A stretch of DNA of 64,000 nt from an uncultured Draconibacterium sp. Lineage in GTDB: Bacteria; Bacteroidota; Bacteroidia; Bacteroidales; UBA12170. Shown in pieces: positions 27,385 through 37,182 of the stretch (position 1 is the stretch's first letter; every line of letters starts with the position of its first letter). A model generated the notes under the pieces. It was not told the DNA's origin. It ran no database searches and was given only the letters and a program-made list of their open reading frames with translations. The DNA is taken from contig CAXYYJ010000014.1 in NCBI GenBank assembly GCA_964293475.1, positions 14,973 to 78,972 on the forward strand, given 5' to 3'. The translations under genes were made by a program, and so were the position numbers.

Positions 27385-28827
27385 TTAAATTACCTGAAGT
27401 TTGATTATTTTGCTTCCTTTTTGCGAATATAGATAAACTATGTAAATGCCCGACTTCCAGCTACTGGTTTCAATAGACAATCCGGGCTCAGCTCTGCCAT
27501 CGAAAACAATTTTGCCGTCCATACTTACAATTCTAATTTCCGATGGCTCCGCAATTTTTACATTCACAAAATCACTTGCAGGGTTTGGCGTTACTTCAGC
27601 TTCCAGGTTTTCCACAACTGAAACCCCAACCGGATTGATCCACATGGGGTCGAAAAATACTTCGCCCAAACTCAAATCATCATTCAGATGAAAGATAAAA
27701 TCCTCCGCTTCTGCCAAATCTACAGTTCCCCAGAAATTGTTCAGGGCATTAATGGAATTGGGGGTATTGTTGTAAAGCGCATAAATCTCACCACCATTCC
27801 CATTGTTAATGAAACTGTTATGGCCTGGGCTGTCGGAGCTGCCATCGCCCAGATTGGGTTGTGCATTTAGCTGAATGGTAATTCCCCAGAGATTATCCCG
27901 AATAATATTGTTCCTTATAATGGCCACATTGGTGAACCCGCCGTAGCAGTTGATGCCGCTTCCGCCCAGCATGGGGTCGTTCTGAATATTGTTTCCTATA
28001 ATGATGTTCTCAACTACTTCTGCATTTATATCGCTACCAATCAGTGCTATACCATAGCGGTTATCATAAACTTCATTATTTCGCACCAATGCGTTTAATG
28101 TTCCACCTGCCAAAGTAGAAAGTGCAATTCCCCCCGAATTGGTATACTGCCCGATGATTATGTTGCTGTCGATAACTATGAGTTCCATGCCGCTGCTTGT
28201 TCCCAGATTTATTTGCGGATAATTACCGTTGGAAGAAACATTTCGGCTGATGGTGTTGCCTGTAATTTGAGGGCTCGATGCACCGTTGGCTCCCGAAGCA
28301 ATGGCGGGGCCAGCATTGTCGTTGATTGTGCAATGGCTTATGATGGGGTTGGACTGAAACAAATCGATGGTGGCTGTTGAATAATCCTGCCCAAAATGAT
28401 GAAACTGACTGTTGGTAAACCGAACATCCGATTCCACAAGTTTTATCCCGCCGCAATCGGTAATATTTGCGTTATTGATGCTGCTTCCCACCGAATTCTC
28501 GAAACGGATACCCTGAAAATTGGCAAAACCATTGATGTTTTTAATTTCGAACAAGGGCTGTCCATCAATAATCAACACTCCGGCAATGGTCCACAAAAGC
28601 CCTTCGTTAATCGTTAAAACGCCTTGTTGAATAATGGTCAGGGTATCGGTAGCACTGATGGTAATATTCTCATGAAACTGATAATACCCAACTTCGGAAG
28701 TCACAGCTCCGTCGGATATATTTACCAGATCGTCAAGAGTATAGGAGTTAAAATTGCCAGGGGTTGAATACTGAGCAAACAACACGGTGGATAATGCAAG
28801 GGATAGGAAAAGGAATATTTTTTTCAT
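27385..28827 (-). CDS. Secreted right-handed parallel beta-helix protein with T9SS CTD
   Basis: Signal peptide from MKKIFLF (28827); Asn/Ile-rich PbH1-like repeats (I..N.I..N...GI); VTPNPA...SGIYIV..KLQVI CTD. Confidence 0.75.
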   Translation of the reverse strand: MKKIFLFLSLALSTVLFAQYSTPGNFNSYTLDDLVNISDGAVTSEVGYYQFHENITISATDTLTIIQQGVLTINEGLLWTIAGVLIIDGQPLFEIKNINGFANFQGIRFENSVGSSINNANITDCGGIKLVESDVRFTNSQFHHFGQDYSTATIDLFQSNPIISHCTINDNAGPAIASGANGASSPQITGNTISRNVSSNGNYPQINLGTSSGMELIVIDSNIIIGQYTNSGGIALSTLAGGTLNALVRNNEVYDNRYGIALIGSDINAEVVENIIIGNNIQNDPMLGGSGINCYGGFTNVAIIRNNIIRDNLWGITIQLNAQPNLGDGSSDSPGHNSFINNGNGGEIYALYNNTPNSINALNNFWGTVDLAEAEDFIFHLNDDLSLGEVFFDPMWINPVGVSVVENLEAEVTPNPASDFVNVKIAEPSEIRIVSMDGKIVFDGRAEPGLSIETSSWKSGIYIVYLYSQKGSKIIKLQVI

Positions 28828-28845
28828 AGGAATGTTTTTTAGTGG

Positions 28846-28853
28846 TACTTTTG
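28846..28853 (+). promoter_or_regulatory. Bacteroidota -7 element (TACTTTTG) of purF
   Basis: Exact TAnnTTTG match 30 nt before ATG 28884. Confidence 0.6.
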
Positions 28854-28883
28854 CACCCACAAAGCCATAGCAAATTTAATAAA

Positions 28884-30785
28884 ATGAGTGATCAGATCAA
28901 GCATGAATGTGGAATAGCTCTTTTACGATTGCGTAAACCATTGGAATATTATCTTGCCAAGTATGGAACAGCATTTTATGGGTTAAATAAAATGCATCTT
29001 CTCATGCAAAAACAGCATAACCGTGGGCAGGATGGAGCCGGAATTGCCAGTATTAAACTCAATCAACCACCAGGACAAAAATATATCGACAGGCAACGGT
29101 CCAACTCCACAACCCCCATAAAAGATATTTTTTCGGCAGCCTACGAACCTTTTCAACTGCTCGAAAAGGAAAATCCCAAGCGCCTTAACGATGTACAATG
29201 GCTCAAGCAAACCATGCGCTTTACCGGCGAAGTTTTCATGGGCCATTTGCGTTACGGGACTTTTGGAGCCAACGAAATAGGGAATATTCATCCGGTGCTA
29301 CGATCGAACAACTGGAAAACCAGAAATTTGGTTTTAGCGGGCAATTTTAATCTCACCAATGTAAACGAGCTCTTCGACCGGTTGGTAAGTTTTGGCCAAT
29401 TTCCTGTCGAAACCAGCGACACCCTGACCATGCTCGAAAAAATTGGTCACTTTCTCGACGAAGAAAACGAAGAACTCTACCGCCGATATAAATACGAAGG
29501 CTATTCAAAAAGCGAAGCTACTGCAAAAATTGCCGATGCGCTCAATATTAAAAGCATTCTTCGCAGATCGTCATCCGATTGGGATGGTGGATATGTGATT
29601 ACTGGCCTGTTGGGTCATGGCGATGCTTTTGTTTTGCGCGATCCAAATGGAATCCGTCCCGCATTTTATTATGCCGACGACGAGATTGTGGTGGCTGCAT
29701 CGGAGCGACCTGTTATACAAACCACCTTTAATGTGAAAGCGGAACTGGTAAAAGAGATAAAACCAGGTCATGCCCTCATCATTAAACACCAGAATATTCT
29801 CGAAGAAGTGGAAGTTAAACCAGCAAGTAAGCCAACTGCATGTTCCTTTGAGCGAATATATTTCAGTCGTGGTACTGATGTGGATATCTATAAAGAACGA
29901 AAAAAACTGGGGGCAATTATTACTCCTGAAATTCTTAGAGAGATTAATTATGACCTGAGAAACACAGTTTTCTCCTACATTCCCAACACAGCTGCCGTTG
30001 CTTATCAAGGCATGGTTGAAGCTGTCAATTCCTTTTGCAATCAAATAAAATCTGAGAGAATATTGGCTTTGGGGCCAAATATTAACAAAGAAAATCTTGA
30101 AGAGATTATGCTTTTCAATCCTCGCATGGAAACTGTAGCCGTGAAGGACATGAAGCTTCGCACTTTCATTACTCAGGATAAACAGCGCGACGATTTGGTT
30201 GGGCATGTTTACGATATCACTTACGGCAGCATTAGAGAAGGAAAAGATAAACTCGTGATAATCGACGATAGTATTGTGCGCGGAACAACTCTGAAACAGA
30301 GCATTATCAGCATTCTCGACAGGCTGGGTCCCACCGAGATTATTGTGGTTTCTTCAGCTCCACAAATCCGTTATCCCGATTGCTATGGCATTGATATGGC
30401 ACGTCTTGGCGATTTTATTGCCTTTAGAGCCACCATGGAATTGCTAAAAGAAACCCATCAGGAATCGGTGATAAATACAGTTTATAAAAAATGTAAAGCT
30501 CAGGAAAATCTCCCCAAGGAAGAAGTGGTGAATTATGTGAAAGAGATTTACGAGCCTTTTACTCCTCAGCAAATCAGCGACAAGATAGCTCAGTTAGTGA
30601 GCCCGAAAAACGTAAAAGCTAAAGTTAAACTCATGTTTCAAAGTATTGAAAACCTACATATTGCGGTGCCAAACAATACTGGCGACTGGTATTTTACCGG
30701 AGATTATCCAACCCCCGGTGGAAATAAAGTGGTGAATACCAGCTTTATCAATTATATAGAAGGAAAAACAGCCAGAGCTTATTAA
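28884..30785 (+). CDS. purF: Amidophosphoribosyltransferase (long Bacteroidota form)
   Basis: Propeptide then Ntn Cys (MSDQIKHE-CG), QHNRGQDGAG, GHLRYGT, RDPNGIRP, PRPP-binding IIDDSIVRGTT, FTGDYPT. Confidence 0.9.
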   Translation: MSDQIKHECGIALLRLRKPLEYYLAKYGTAFYGLNKMHLLMQKQHNRGQDGAGIASIKLNQPPGQKYIDRQRSNSTTPIKDIFSAAYEPFQLLEKENPKRLNDVQWLKQTMRFTGEVFMGHLRYGTFGANEIGNIHPVLRSNNWKTRNLVLAGNFNLTNVNELFDRLVSFGQFPVETSDTLTMLEKIGHFLDEENEELYRRYKYEGYSKSEATAKIADALNIKSILRRSSSDWDGGYVITGLLGHGDAFVLRDPNGIRPAFYYADDEIVVAASERPVIQTTFNVKAELVKEIKPGHALIIKHQNILEEVEVKPASKPTACSFERIYFSRGTDVDIYKERKKLGAIITPEILREINYDLRNTVFSYIPNTAAVAYQGMVEAVNSFCNQIKSERILALGPNINKENLEEIMLFNPRMETVAVKDMKLRTFITQDKQRDDLVGHVYDITYGSIREGKDKLVIIDDSIVRGTTLKQSIISILDRLGPTEIIVVSSAPQIRYPDCYGIDMARLGDFIAFRATMELLKETHQESVINTVYKKCKAQENLPKEEVVNYVKEIYEPFTPQQISDKIAQLVSPKNVKAKVKLMFQSIENLHIAVPNNTGDWYFTGDYPTPGGNKVVNTSFINYIEGKTARAY

Positions 30786-30822
30786 AAGCACTGGCTGTCT
30801 CTACTAATATTTCATTTTATTT

Positions 30823-32283
30823 TTAGAACTTTAAGCCCAGAGTAACGCCGTAATAACTGGTTTTGCTTTCAGTATAGGCCGCATTCACAAAATTAGGATC
30901 GTAGATATAATATTTCTGATTGTTAAGCTTTTGAAGGAACGAGAAATCAAGAATCATAGGTCCCGAACGGTAACCGAAACCAAAACTATATTGATCGTGG
31001 GTCATTTTATTCAGTGACTCATCCACTGGACTGGTGGAGAAACCATAACCGCCCCGAACAAAGAAATTGTTCAAATTCCATTCGGTACCAATCCTGATAG
31101 TGTGAGTGGCCAGAAAATCTGTTTTAATATCCTGATTTTCATCAGAAAAGGCGTAGTCGGCTGAATTGAAAGAAGCATTACTATAATCCATATATTCATA
31201 GTCGGCACTCACAAATCCCATTTGGCCTATTACAAAACTAATTCCCCCCGAAGCCTTGAAAGGCGTGGTCATGGTATAGTTGAATTTGCCATTGGGCGAC
31301 GATTGATAGTATTTCTGGCCGTTTGCCATAAGGCTTTCCACCCTGGAAAAATAGGTGTCGGTCATGTTGTAATACCAGGTAGGCGTATGCACCGCTCCGC
31401 TGATTCTAATGGCTGGAGTAATCATGTAAATCAACCCGAATTTAGCATTGATACCGTTTCCGCGGGTTCCAAGTTCATCGAAATAGCTGAACGATTGAAA
31501 TTCACCCGGATTGGCTGTTTGCAGTGCACTTTCGGTTAATGAGTAGGATTTGTAGTAGTTGAGAAACACAAATGAAACACCCATCCCCAGAAAAAGTTTG
31601 TTGTTATAATTGCCCGAAAAAGCAAAAGTCATTTCGTTTTTATAACCCTTACTGCTGGCGTTGTATTTTTGATAAACACCGTCAATCGGAACAGCGGTAA
31701 CATAATCGGTCGGATAGCCATTGAGTGTGTCGAGTAAATAGGTTTCCCAGGCTAAGTTGCTGCCAAAATAATTCAGATTCTCCGGAAGGTTTCCCTGTGC
31801 ATCGCTGCGCCACTCGTTTACTTTCGACCCGCCATAAGAATTTCCTTCAATGGTAATGTCCGATCTGTAATTATCAACTCTGTTCACCGAAAATCCAAAT
31901 TGAACATATTTCCAACCCGGAGCATCGGGGTTTAGTCTGTTGGTCAGGGGCATAGATGTTACCAAACCCAACATGCCAAAATTTATATTATCGCGGGTGT
32001 CGGTTCTCATTTCGCCACTGTAGGCTGCATCAACTTTGTTATACAGATACCTGGGAGCAAAAATATATTCAGATGTTTTATAAATCCCCAGACCAGCGGG
32101 GTTATAATTGATGGTGGTTAAATCTCCACCAATGGCACCCAGGGCGCCCGATAGTGACATGAATCGGGCGGTACCTGTGGTTGATGTGGAGCTGTATCTA
32201 AGCGCATCCTCAGCATTTTGAGCAAATAGCGTTGTTATGGTTAACAGTGCCATGCTGGTGAGCAATATTTTTCTGAAGTTCAT
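30823..32283 (-). CDS. FadL/OmpP1/PorV-fold outer-membrane beta-barrel protein
   Basis: Signal peptide; DALRYS...GTARFMSLSGA.GA.GGD....NYNPAGLG N-terminal motif typical of FadL-like barrels; terminal LGLKF. Confidence 0.75.
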   Translation of the reverse strand: MNFRKILLTSMALLTITTLFAQNAEDALRYSSTSTTGTARFMSLSGALGAIGGDLTTINYNPAGLGIYKTSEYIFAPRYLYNKVDAAYSGEMRTDTRDNINFGMLGLVTSMPLTNRLNPDAPGWKYVQFGFSVNRVDNYRSDITIEGNSYGGSKVNEWRSDAQGNLPENLNYFGSNLAWETYLLDTLNGYPTDYVTAVPIDGVYQKYNASSKGYKNEMTFAFSGNYNNKLFLGMGVSFVFLNYYKSYSLTESALQTANPGEFQSFSYFDELGTRGNGINAKFGLIYMITPAIRISGAVHTPTWYYNMTDTYFSRVESLMANGQKYYQSSPNGKFNYTMTTPFKASGGISFVIGQMGFVSADYEYMDYSNASFNSADYAFSDENQDIKTDFLATHTIRIGTEWNLNNFFVRGGYGFSTSPVDESLNKMTHDQYSFGFGYRSGPMILDFSFLQKLNNQKYYIYDPNFVNAAYTESKTSYYGVTLGLKF

Positions 32284-32325
32284 GACTTTGAGTTTTATTG
32301 ATGTTAAAATTGCTGAATTATCCGA

Positions 32326-33840
32326 TTACCTGCGACCACCGCCGCCGCTGCCTGAGCGGGAAGAACCACCGGAGCTTCCTCCGCTGCTTCCGCCACTGCT
32401 TCTTGTGCTTCCGCCACCACTGTTAGTTGGCGACGAGTAGCTGCTGCGGCTTGGTGAAGAGTAAGAACGAGTGCTGCTTCCGGAGCCAGAGCTGTTGGTA
32501 GTTCTTGATGGTGTTGAATAGTTGGTGCCAGTTGATTGGTTGTTTCTGCTGTTGGTTGGTGGCGAATATGTTCTGGTGTTTTGACCAGAGCTTTCTCTGT
32601 TGGTATTGGGTCTTTGGTAAGTAGAGCGGCCTTGTGCACGGTCATTATCTTTCCTTGTTCCCGAAGTTCCGGTTGTAGTTGTTGTTCTGTTTTCGCCTTG
32701 TGGACGGGTATATTTTTCAGATTTTCCGCGTTCGGTATCCTGATATTTGCGGTAGCTATAGTTGGAGCGGTTGGCATCGGTGGTTCCGGTTCTCGAAGCA
32801 CCCATGCGCGATGAGCTGCTTGCATCGGCCTCGCGGCGGGTGTTAGTCCTATCCTGATTTACTTGTCCGGTGCGGTCGGCTCTGCCCTGAGCGTTTACAG
32901 TATTTTGGCTGCGGGAATTGGCGGTTTGAGAAGCTCCACTGAAGTAGCCATTTCTGTCGCTATTAAAATCGCGGTTGGAACGGCCTTGTGTTCTGCTTGC
33001 CATATTTTCTCTTGAATTCTGATCGGTTTTATAACTATTTCCAGCTACAGATGATCTGTTTTGGGTGCTTCTGTTGGAGCCATAGGAGTTGTAACCATGA
33101 TTTCTGTTGCCATAATAATGGCTGTTCACGTCGCAGGGATTATAATGCCCCCAGTTGCTGCCATCGTAATAGCCATTCCAGTAACCGTTGTTGTAACCGG
33201 CCCAGTATCCGCCACCATAATATCCACCCCAGTAACCGCCCCAATAGTTAGGGTAGCCCCAGTAATTGTAGCTATAATATGGTGAATACCAGGGAGAACC
33301 CCAGTAAAAGCCTGAATGAACTGGATAGTAGTAGGAATAGTTATAATAAGGATATGCATAATCATAACCTATATAAATGGTTGTTCCCCAGCTCACAGGA
33401 TTATAATCGTAAAAATATCTGTTGGTATAATAACTATCATAATAGCCCACTCCGTCCATAGGTTCATGGAATCGTTTTATTCTGGAGGCGTAGGCGTAGT
33501 CGTAATAATCGTCGCTAACGAACGAAGTTTCGTAATAGGGTTCGCCCTCGAGTTGCACAATCTGATCCTGATAAACAGGTTCAGAGTACATGGCTTGCTG
33601 TTGCGAGTAATCATTGGGGTTCGATTTGATTACTGTTTCGCTGGCCTGACTATAGGATTCTTGGGCATCTTGAGATACATTGGCATTGGATTGTGCTTGG
33701 GAATTTTGATTTACCACCTTTGCTTTTGGTGTGCCAAAAGAATAAACATCGTCTTGAGCATCTGCCGATTGAAAGGATGAAGCACATGAAGTGAGCGACA
33801 AAACTGTTGCTACACTCAGAATTCTAACCAGGGTTTTCAT
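32326..33840 (-). CDS. Lipoprotein with Tyr/Trp/Gly-rich middle and long Arg/Ser/Asn/Gly-rich low-complexity C-terminus
   Basis: Lipobox LTSC after MKTLVRILSVATVLS (start 33840, preceded by GGAGGTG); DDYYDYAYASRIKRFH motif; C-terminal ...SSGGSSRSGSGGGGRR. Confidence 0.75.
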   Translation of the reverse strand: MKTLVRILSVATVLSLTSCASSFQSADAQDDVYSFGTPKAKVVNQNSQAQSNANVSQDAQESYSQASETVIKSNPNDYSQQQAMYSEPVYQDQIVQLEGEPYYETSFVSDDYYDYAYASRIKRFHEPMDGVGYYDSYYTNRYFYDYNPVSWGTTIYIGYDYAYPYYNYSYYYPVHSGFYWGSPWYSPYYSYNYWGYPNYWGGYWGGYYGGGYWAGYNNGYWNGYYDGSNWGHYNPCDVNSHYYGNRNHGYNSYGSNRSTQNRSSVAGNSYKTDQNSRENMASRTQGRSNRDFNSDRNGYFSGASQTANSRSQNTVNAQGRADRTGQVNQDRTNTRREADASSSSRMGASRTGTTDANRSNYSYRKYQDTERGKSEKYTRPQGENRTTTTTGTSGTRKDNDRAQGRSTYQRPNTNRESSGQNTRTYSPPTNSRNNQSTGTNYSTPSRTTNSSGSGSSTRSYSSPSRSSYSSPTNSGGGSTRSSGGSSGGSSGGSSRSGSGGGGRR

Positions 33841-33843
33841 ATT

Positions 33844-33850
33844 CACCTCC
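33844..33850 (-). promoter_or_regulatory. Shine-Dalgarno site GGAGGTG of the lipoprotein gene
   Basis: GGAGG lies 5 nt before ATG 33840. Confidence 0.5.
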
Positions 33851-33957
33851 ATTTAACTTGTTTAATAATTATTTGCCGACATTGAAATTATGTTGTTGTA
33901 TAATTTTCTAATTTTGTCGGCGATCATTAAAAAGCAAATACTATACCACAAATCAAA

Positions 33958-35424
33958 ATGGCTAAAAATTTTTCAACAAGAGAAGAAAATTATTCGCAAT
34001 GGTACAACGACATTGTGAAACATGCCCAGTTGGCCGAGAATTCATCGGTTAGGGGATCCATGGTTATCAAACCTTATGGCTATGCCATCTGGGAAACTAT
34101 GCAGAAGGAGTTGGACCGGATGTTTAAAGAAACAGGTCACGAAAATGCTTATTTCCCGCTGTTTATCCCCAAATCCTTCTTTAGCAAAGAAGCTTCTCAC
34201 GTGGAAGGTTTTGCCAAAGAATGTGCCGTTGTAACTCATTATCGGTTGAAAAATAGCCCCGAAGGTATCATTGTTGATCCCGATGCAAAATTAGATGAGG
34301 AGCTCATTGTGCGTCCTACATCCGAAACCATAATCTGGGATACCTATAAAAGATGGATTCAATCGTACCGCGATTTGCCCATTCTTATAAATCAGTGGGC
34401 CAATGTGGTTCGCTGGGAGATGAGAACCCGATTGTTTTTACGTACCGCTGAGTTCTTGTGGCAGGAAGGTCACACGGCCCATGCCACTGAAGCTGAAGCC
34501 ATTGCCGAGGCAAAGCAAATGCTCGAAGTTTATGCAACATTTGCCGAAGAATGGATGGCCATTCCTGTGTTAAAAGGAACAAAATCGCCCAACGAACGTT
34601 TCGCAGGCGCATTGGAGACCTATTGTATCGAAGCCATGATGCAGGATGGTAAAGCGCTGCAGGCGGGCACATCACACTTTTTAGGTCAAAATTTCGCCAA
34701 AGCTTTCGATGTGAAGTTTCTCAGCAAAGAAAACAAACTGGAATACGTTTGGGCTACCAGCTGGGGTGTTTCTACAAGATTGATTGGGGCTCTTATTATG
34801 ACCCACAGCGACGATAATGGTCTTGTGCTTCCTCCAAAACTTGCTCCTATTCAGGTGGTTATAGTTCCTATTTACCGCAAGGAAGAAGAACTGGCGGCCA
34901 TTTCGGAGAAAGTTAAAGCCATAGTGAAACAGCTCAGAAGCAAAGGCATCAGCATGAAGTATGACGATAGCGATACCCAGAAACCAGGATTCAAATTTGC
35001 CGAGTACGAGTACAAAGGAGTTCCGGTCCGTTTAGCCATTGGTCCACGCGATTTGGAAAATGGCACCGTAGAAGTAGCACGCCGCGATACTCTTACCAAA
35101 GAGGTGGTAGCTATGGAAGGAATCGAAAACCACATAGAATCACTGTTGGAGCAAATCCAGATAAATCTCTATACCAGAGCTGAAAAATACCGCAACGAAA
35201 ACTCCCGAAAAGTTGACACCTGGGAAGAATTCAATGTGGAAATAGAAAAAGGCGGATTTTTATATGCCCATTGGGATGGAACTCCAGAGACTGAGCAAAG
35301 CATTAAAGACGAAACCAAAGCCACCATCAGAGCCATACCTTTAGATGCGGAGATGGAAGACGGGAAATGCATTTATTCCGGGAAGCCTTCGAAATACAGA
35401 GTGGTTTTTGCCCGTTCATATTAG
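33958..35424 (+). CDS. proS: Proline--tRNA ligase (eukaryote/archaeal-like type)
   Basis: [66 protein letters not shown]-terminal FARSY. Confidence 0.97.
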   Translation: MAKNFSTREENYSQWYNDIVKHAQLAENSSVRGSMVIKPYGYAIWETMQKELDRMFKETGHENAYFPLFIPKSFFSKEASHVEGFAKECAVVTHYRLKNSPEGIIVDPDAKLDEELIVRPTSETIIWDTYKRWIQSYRDLPILINQWANVVRWEMRTRLFLRTAEFLWQEGHTAHATEAEAIAEAKQMLEVYATFAEEWMAIPVLKGTKSPNERFAGALETYCIEAMMQDGKALQAGTSHFLGQNFAKAFDVKFLSKENKLEYVWATSWGVSTRLIGALIMTHSDDNGLVLPPKLAPIQVVIVPIYRKEEELAAISEKVKAIVKQLRSKGISMKYDDSDTQKPGFKFAEYEYKGVPVRLAIGPRDLENGTVEVARRDTLTKEVVAMEGIENHIESLLEQIQINLYTRAEKYRNENSRKVDTWEEFNVEIEKGGFLYAHWDGTPETEQSIKDETKATIRAIPLDAEMEDGKCIYSGKPSKYRVVFARSY

Positions 35425-35431
35425 CAGAAGC

Positions 35432-35449
35432 CTGAGCAATGAGGCTCAG
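35432..35449. other. Short hairpin after proS (CTGAGC-AATGAG-GCTCAG), no T-tract
   Basis: Perfect 6-bp stem just after the stop codon. Confidence 0.3.
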
Positions 35450-35535
35450 AAACAGCATTTTCAGAAGCTTGTTTCAGCCAGTATTGCCCAATTGCGGTGT
35501 GGTGTCGGCGAATAAAATAAAATGCAAAAAATGAC

Positions 35536-35566
35536 TTGGCAAAATGATAATTTATTTATACTTTTG
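35536..35566 (+). promoter_or_regulatory. Bacteroidota -33/-7 promoter of the DUF177-rpmF operon
   Basis: TTG (35536-38), 20-nt spacer, TACTTTTG (35559-66). Confidence 0.7.
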
Positions 35567-35592
35567 CAGCCCGAATTTTCAAAGAGAATCCA

Positions 35593-36123
35593 ATGAATGT
35601 ATTGAAGGATTATAATATTTCCTATACAGGATTGAAAAATGGCGACCATTCGTTCGATTTCTTTGTTGATGATAAGTTCTTTATTTCATTTGAAAATACC
35701 CGAATCGTTCACAGTCGCATTCAATTGAATATTGAATTGCTAAAGCAGGAGAATATGCTGCAATTTCAATTCTTTTTCGATGGCGAAGTTGATGTGGAAT
35801 GTGATCGCTGTCTGGAACTTATTACTCATCCTGTTGAATTTGAAGAACTGCTCATTGTAAAATTTGGGCCGGAAACCATTGAAGAAGGAGAGAACATACT
35901 TATTCTGGACGAAAAAGAGCATCAGGTGGAGTTGGCCCAATATATTTACGAATTTGTAAGTTTGAGCCTGCCCATGCGATTCACCCATCCCGATTTGGAG
36001 AATGGTGAGCCTGGCTGCGAATTAGAGTATTTTGATAATGAAACCCATGATGAAATTGCTCCATCCGACGATGAAATTGATCCACGATGGGAAGCACTAA
36101 AAAAATTGAAAAAAGATAAATAA
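35593..36123 (+). CDS. yceD: DUF177 (YceD-family) protein
   Basis: ECDRCL motif, YIYEFVSLSLPMR, C-terminal IDPRWEALKKL; directly upstream of rpmF. Confidence 0.9.
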   Translation: MNVLKDYNISYTGLKNGDHSFDFFVDDKFFISFENTRIVHSRIQLNIELLKQENMLQFQFFFDGEVDVECDRCLELITHPVEFEELLIVKFGPETIEEGENILILDEKEHQVELAQYIYEFVSLSLPMRFTHPDLENGEPGCELEYFDNETHDEIAPSDDEIDPRWEALKKLKKDK

Positions 36124-36143
36124 AAAGATAAAAAACAAGGAAA

Positions 36144-36329
36144 ATGGCACATCCTAAGCATAAGATTTCGAATACCAGAAGGGATAAAAGAAGAACCCAC
36201 TACAAAGCTACAGCTCCACAGCTGGCTATTTGTCCAACCACAGGCGAAGCTCATATTTATCACAGAGCTTACTATGTTGATGGCGACTTGTATTATAAAG
36301 GCAAACTTATAGTTCCTAAAAAGGCTTAA
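36144..36329 (+). CDS. rpmF: 50S ribosomal protein bL32
   Basis: [22 protein letters not shown]...[13 protein letters not shown]. Confidence 0.97.
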   Translation: MAHPKHKISNTRRDKRRTHYKATAPQLAICPTTGEAHIYHRAYYVDGDLYYKGKLIVPKKA

Positions 36330-36361
36330 TTTCACCTTAATAGGCGATTTTAAAAGATATT

Positions 36362-36392
36362 AACCTCGAAAACGTAAGTTTTCGGGGTTTTT
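36362..36392 (+). terminator. Rho-independent terminator after rpmF
   Basis: AACCTCGAAAAC-GTAA-GTTTTCGGGGTT followed by a T-tract. Confidence 0.8.
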
Positions 36393-36455
36393 GTGGTTAT
36401 TTTAGCCACCTGTGCTGCTGGTATTATTTTCTAAAATCGCTGCTATTCAAAATAA

Positions 36456-37181
36456 ATGACTACAGAAAAAACCCTTGGTATTGTATTGAAAACTACTAAA
36501 TACTCCGAAAGTAGTATCATTGTCAAGGTTTTTACCCAGGCTTTCGGTATGCGTGGTTATATAATTCCCGGGGTTCGGAAAAAGAACGCCAAAAATCCCT
36601 ATAATCTGTTTCAACCCCTGAGCCTTTTGGATATGGTGGTCTACGAGAAACCTGGCCGCGATTTGCATCATGTGAAAGAGCTCAAACTGGCCCATGTTTT
36701 TCAAACAATTCCCTACGATATTAAGAAATCTTCGATGGTGGTGTTTCTCAACGAGCTCATCTATCAGTCCATCAGGGAGATTGAAAAAAACGAATCCATG
36801 TTCGGGTTTATTTACCATTCGCTGCTTTATCTCGACGAAATGAAGGAACAGTACCAGAATTTTCATCTGTGGTTTATGCTTCACTATACGCGTTATCTGG
36901 GTTTTGAAGCTACCATGAATCTTGCCCCGGCTCAGGAAATTTTCGATTTGATGGAAGGCAAATTTTCTTCCCTTTCACTTCCTGATGAAATCAGTATACA
37001 ACCACCACTGAGTCAGATATTTAAGGAACTGAATTTAAGCGATAATTTTGGGGTTTCTGTGATGATGACCAGACTGCAGCGGCGCCAATTGCTCTATAAA
37101 ATTCAGCAATACTACCAGTTTCATTTGCCTGGTTTCGACGACCTAAAATCGCTGCCTGTGATGATAGAAGTTTTGGATTAG
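36456..37181 (+). CDS. recO: DNA repair protein RecO
   Basis: GIVLKTTKYSESSIIVKVFTQAFG, FQPLSLLD; LGF...FDLMEG.F C-terminal region. Confidence 0.92.
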   Translation: MTTEKTLGIVLKTTKYSESSIIVKVFTQAFGMRGYIIPGVRKKNAKNPYNLFQPLSLLDMVVYEKPGRDLHHVKELKLAHVFQTIPYDIKKSSMVVFLNELIYQSIREIEKNESMFGFIYHSLLYLDEMKEQYQNFHLWFMLHYTRYLGFEATMNLAPAQEIFDLMEGKFSSLSLPDEISIQPPLSQIFKELNLSDNFGVSVMMTRLQRRQLLYKIQQYYQFHLPGFDDLKSLPVMIEVLD

Positions 37182-37182
37182 T

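Noticed and set aside
32304-32825. 173-aa alternative-frame ORF overlapping the lipoprotein C-terminus
   Set aside because: By-product of the low-complexity repeat codons; the main frame has a lipobox and continuous reading, so no frameshift is needed.
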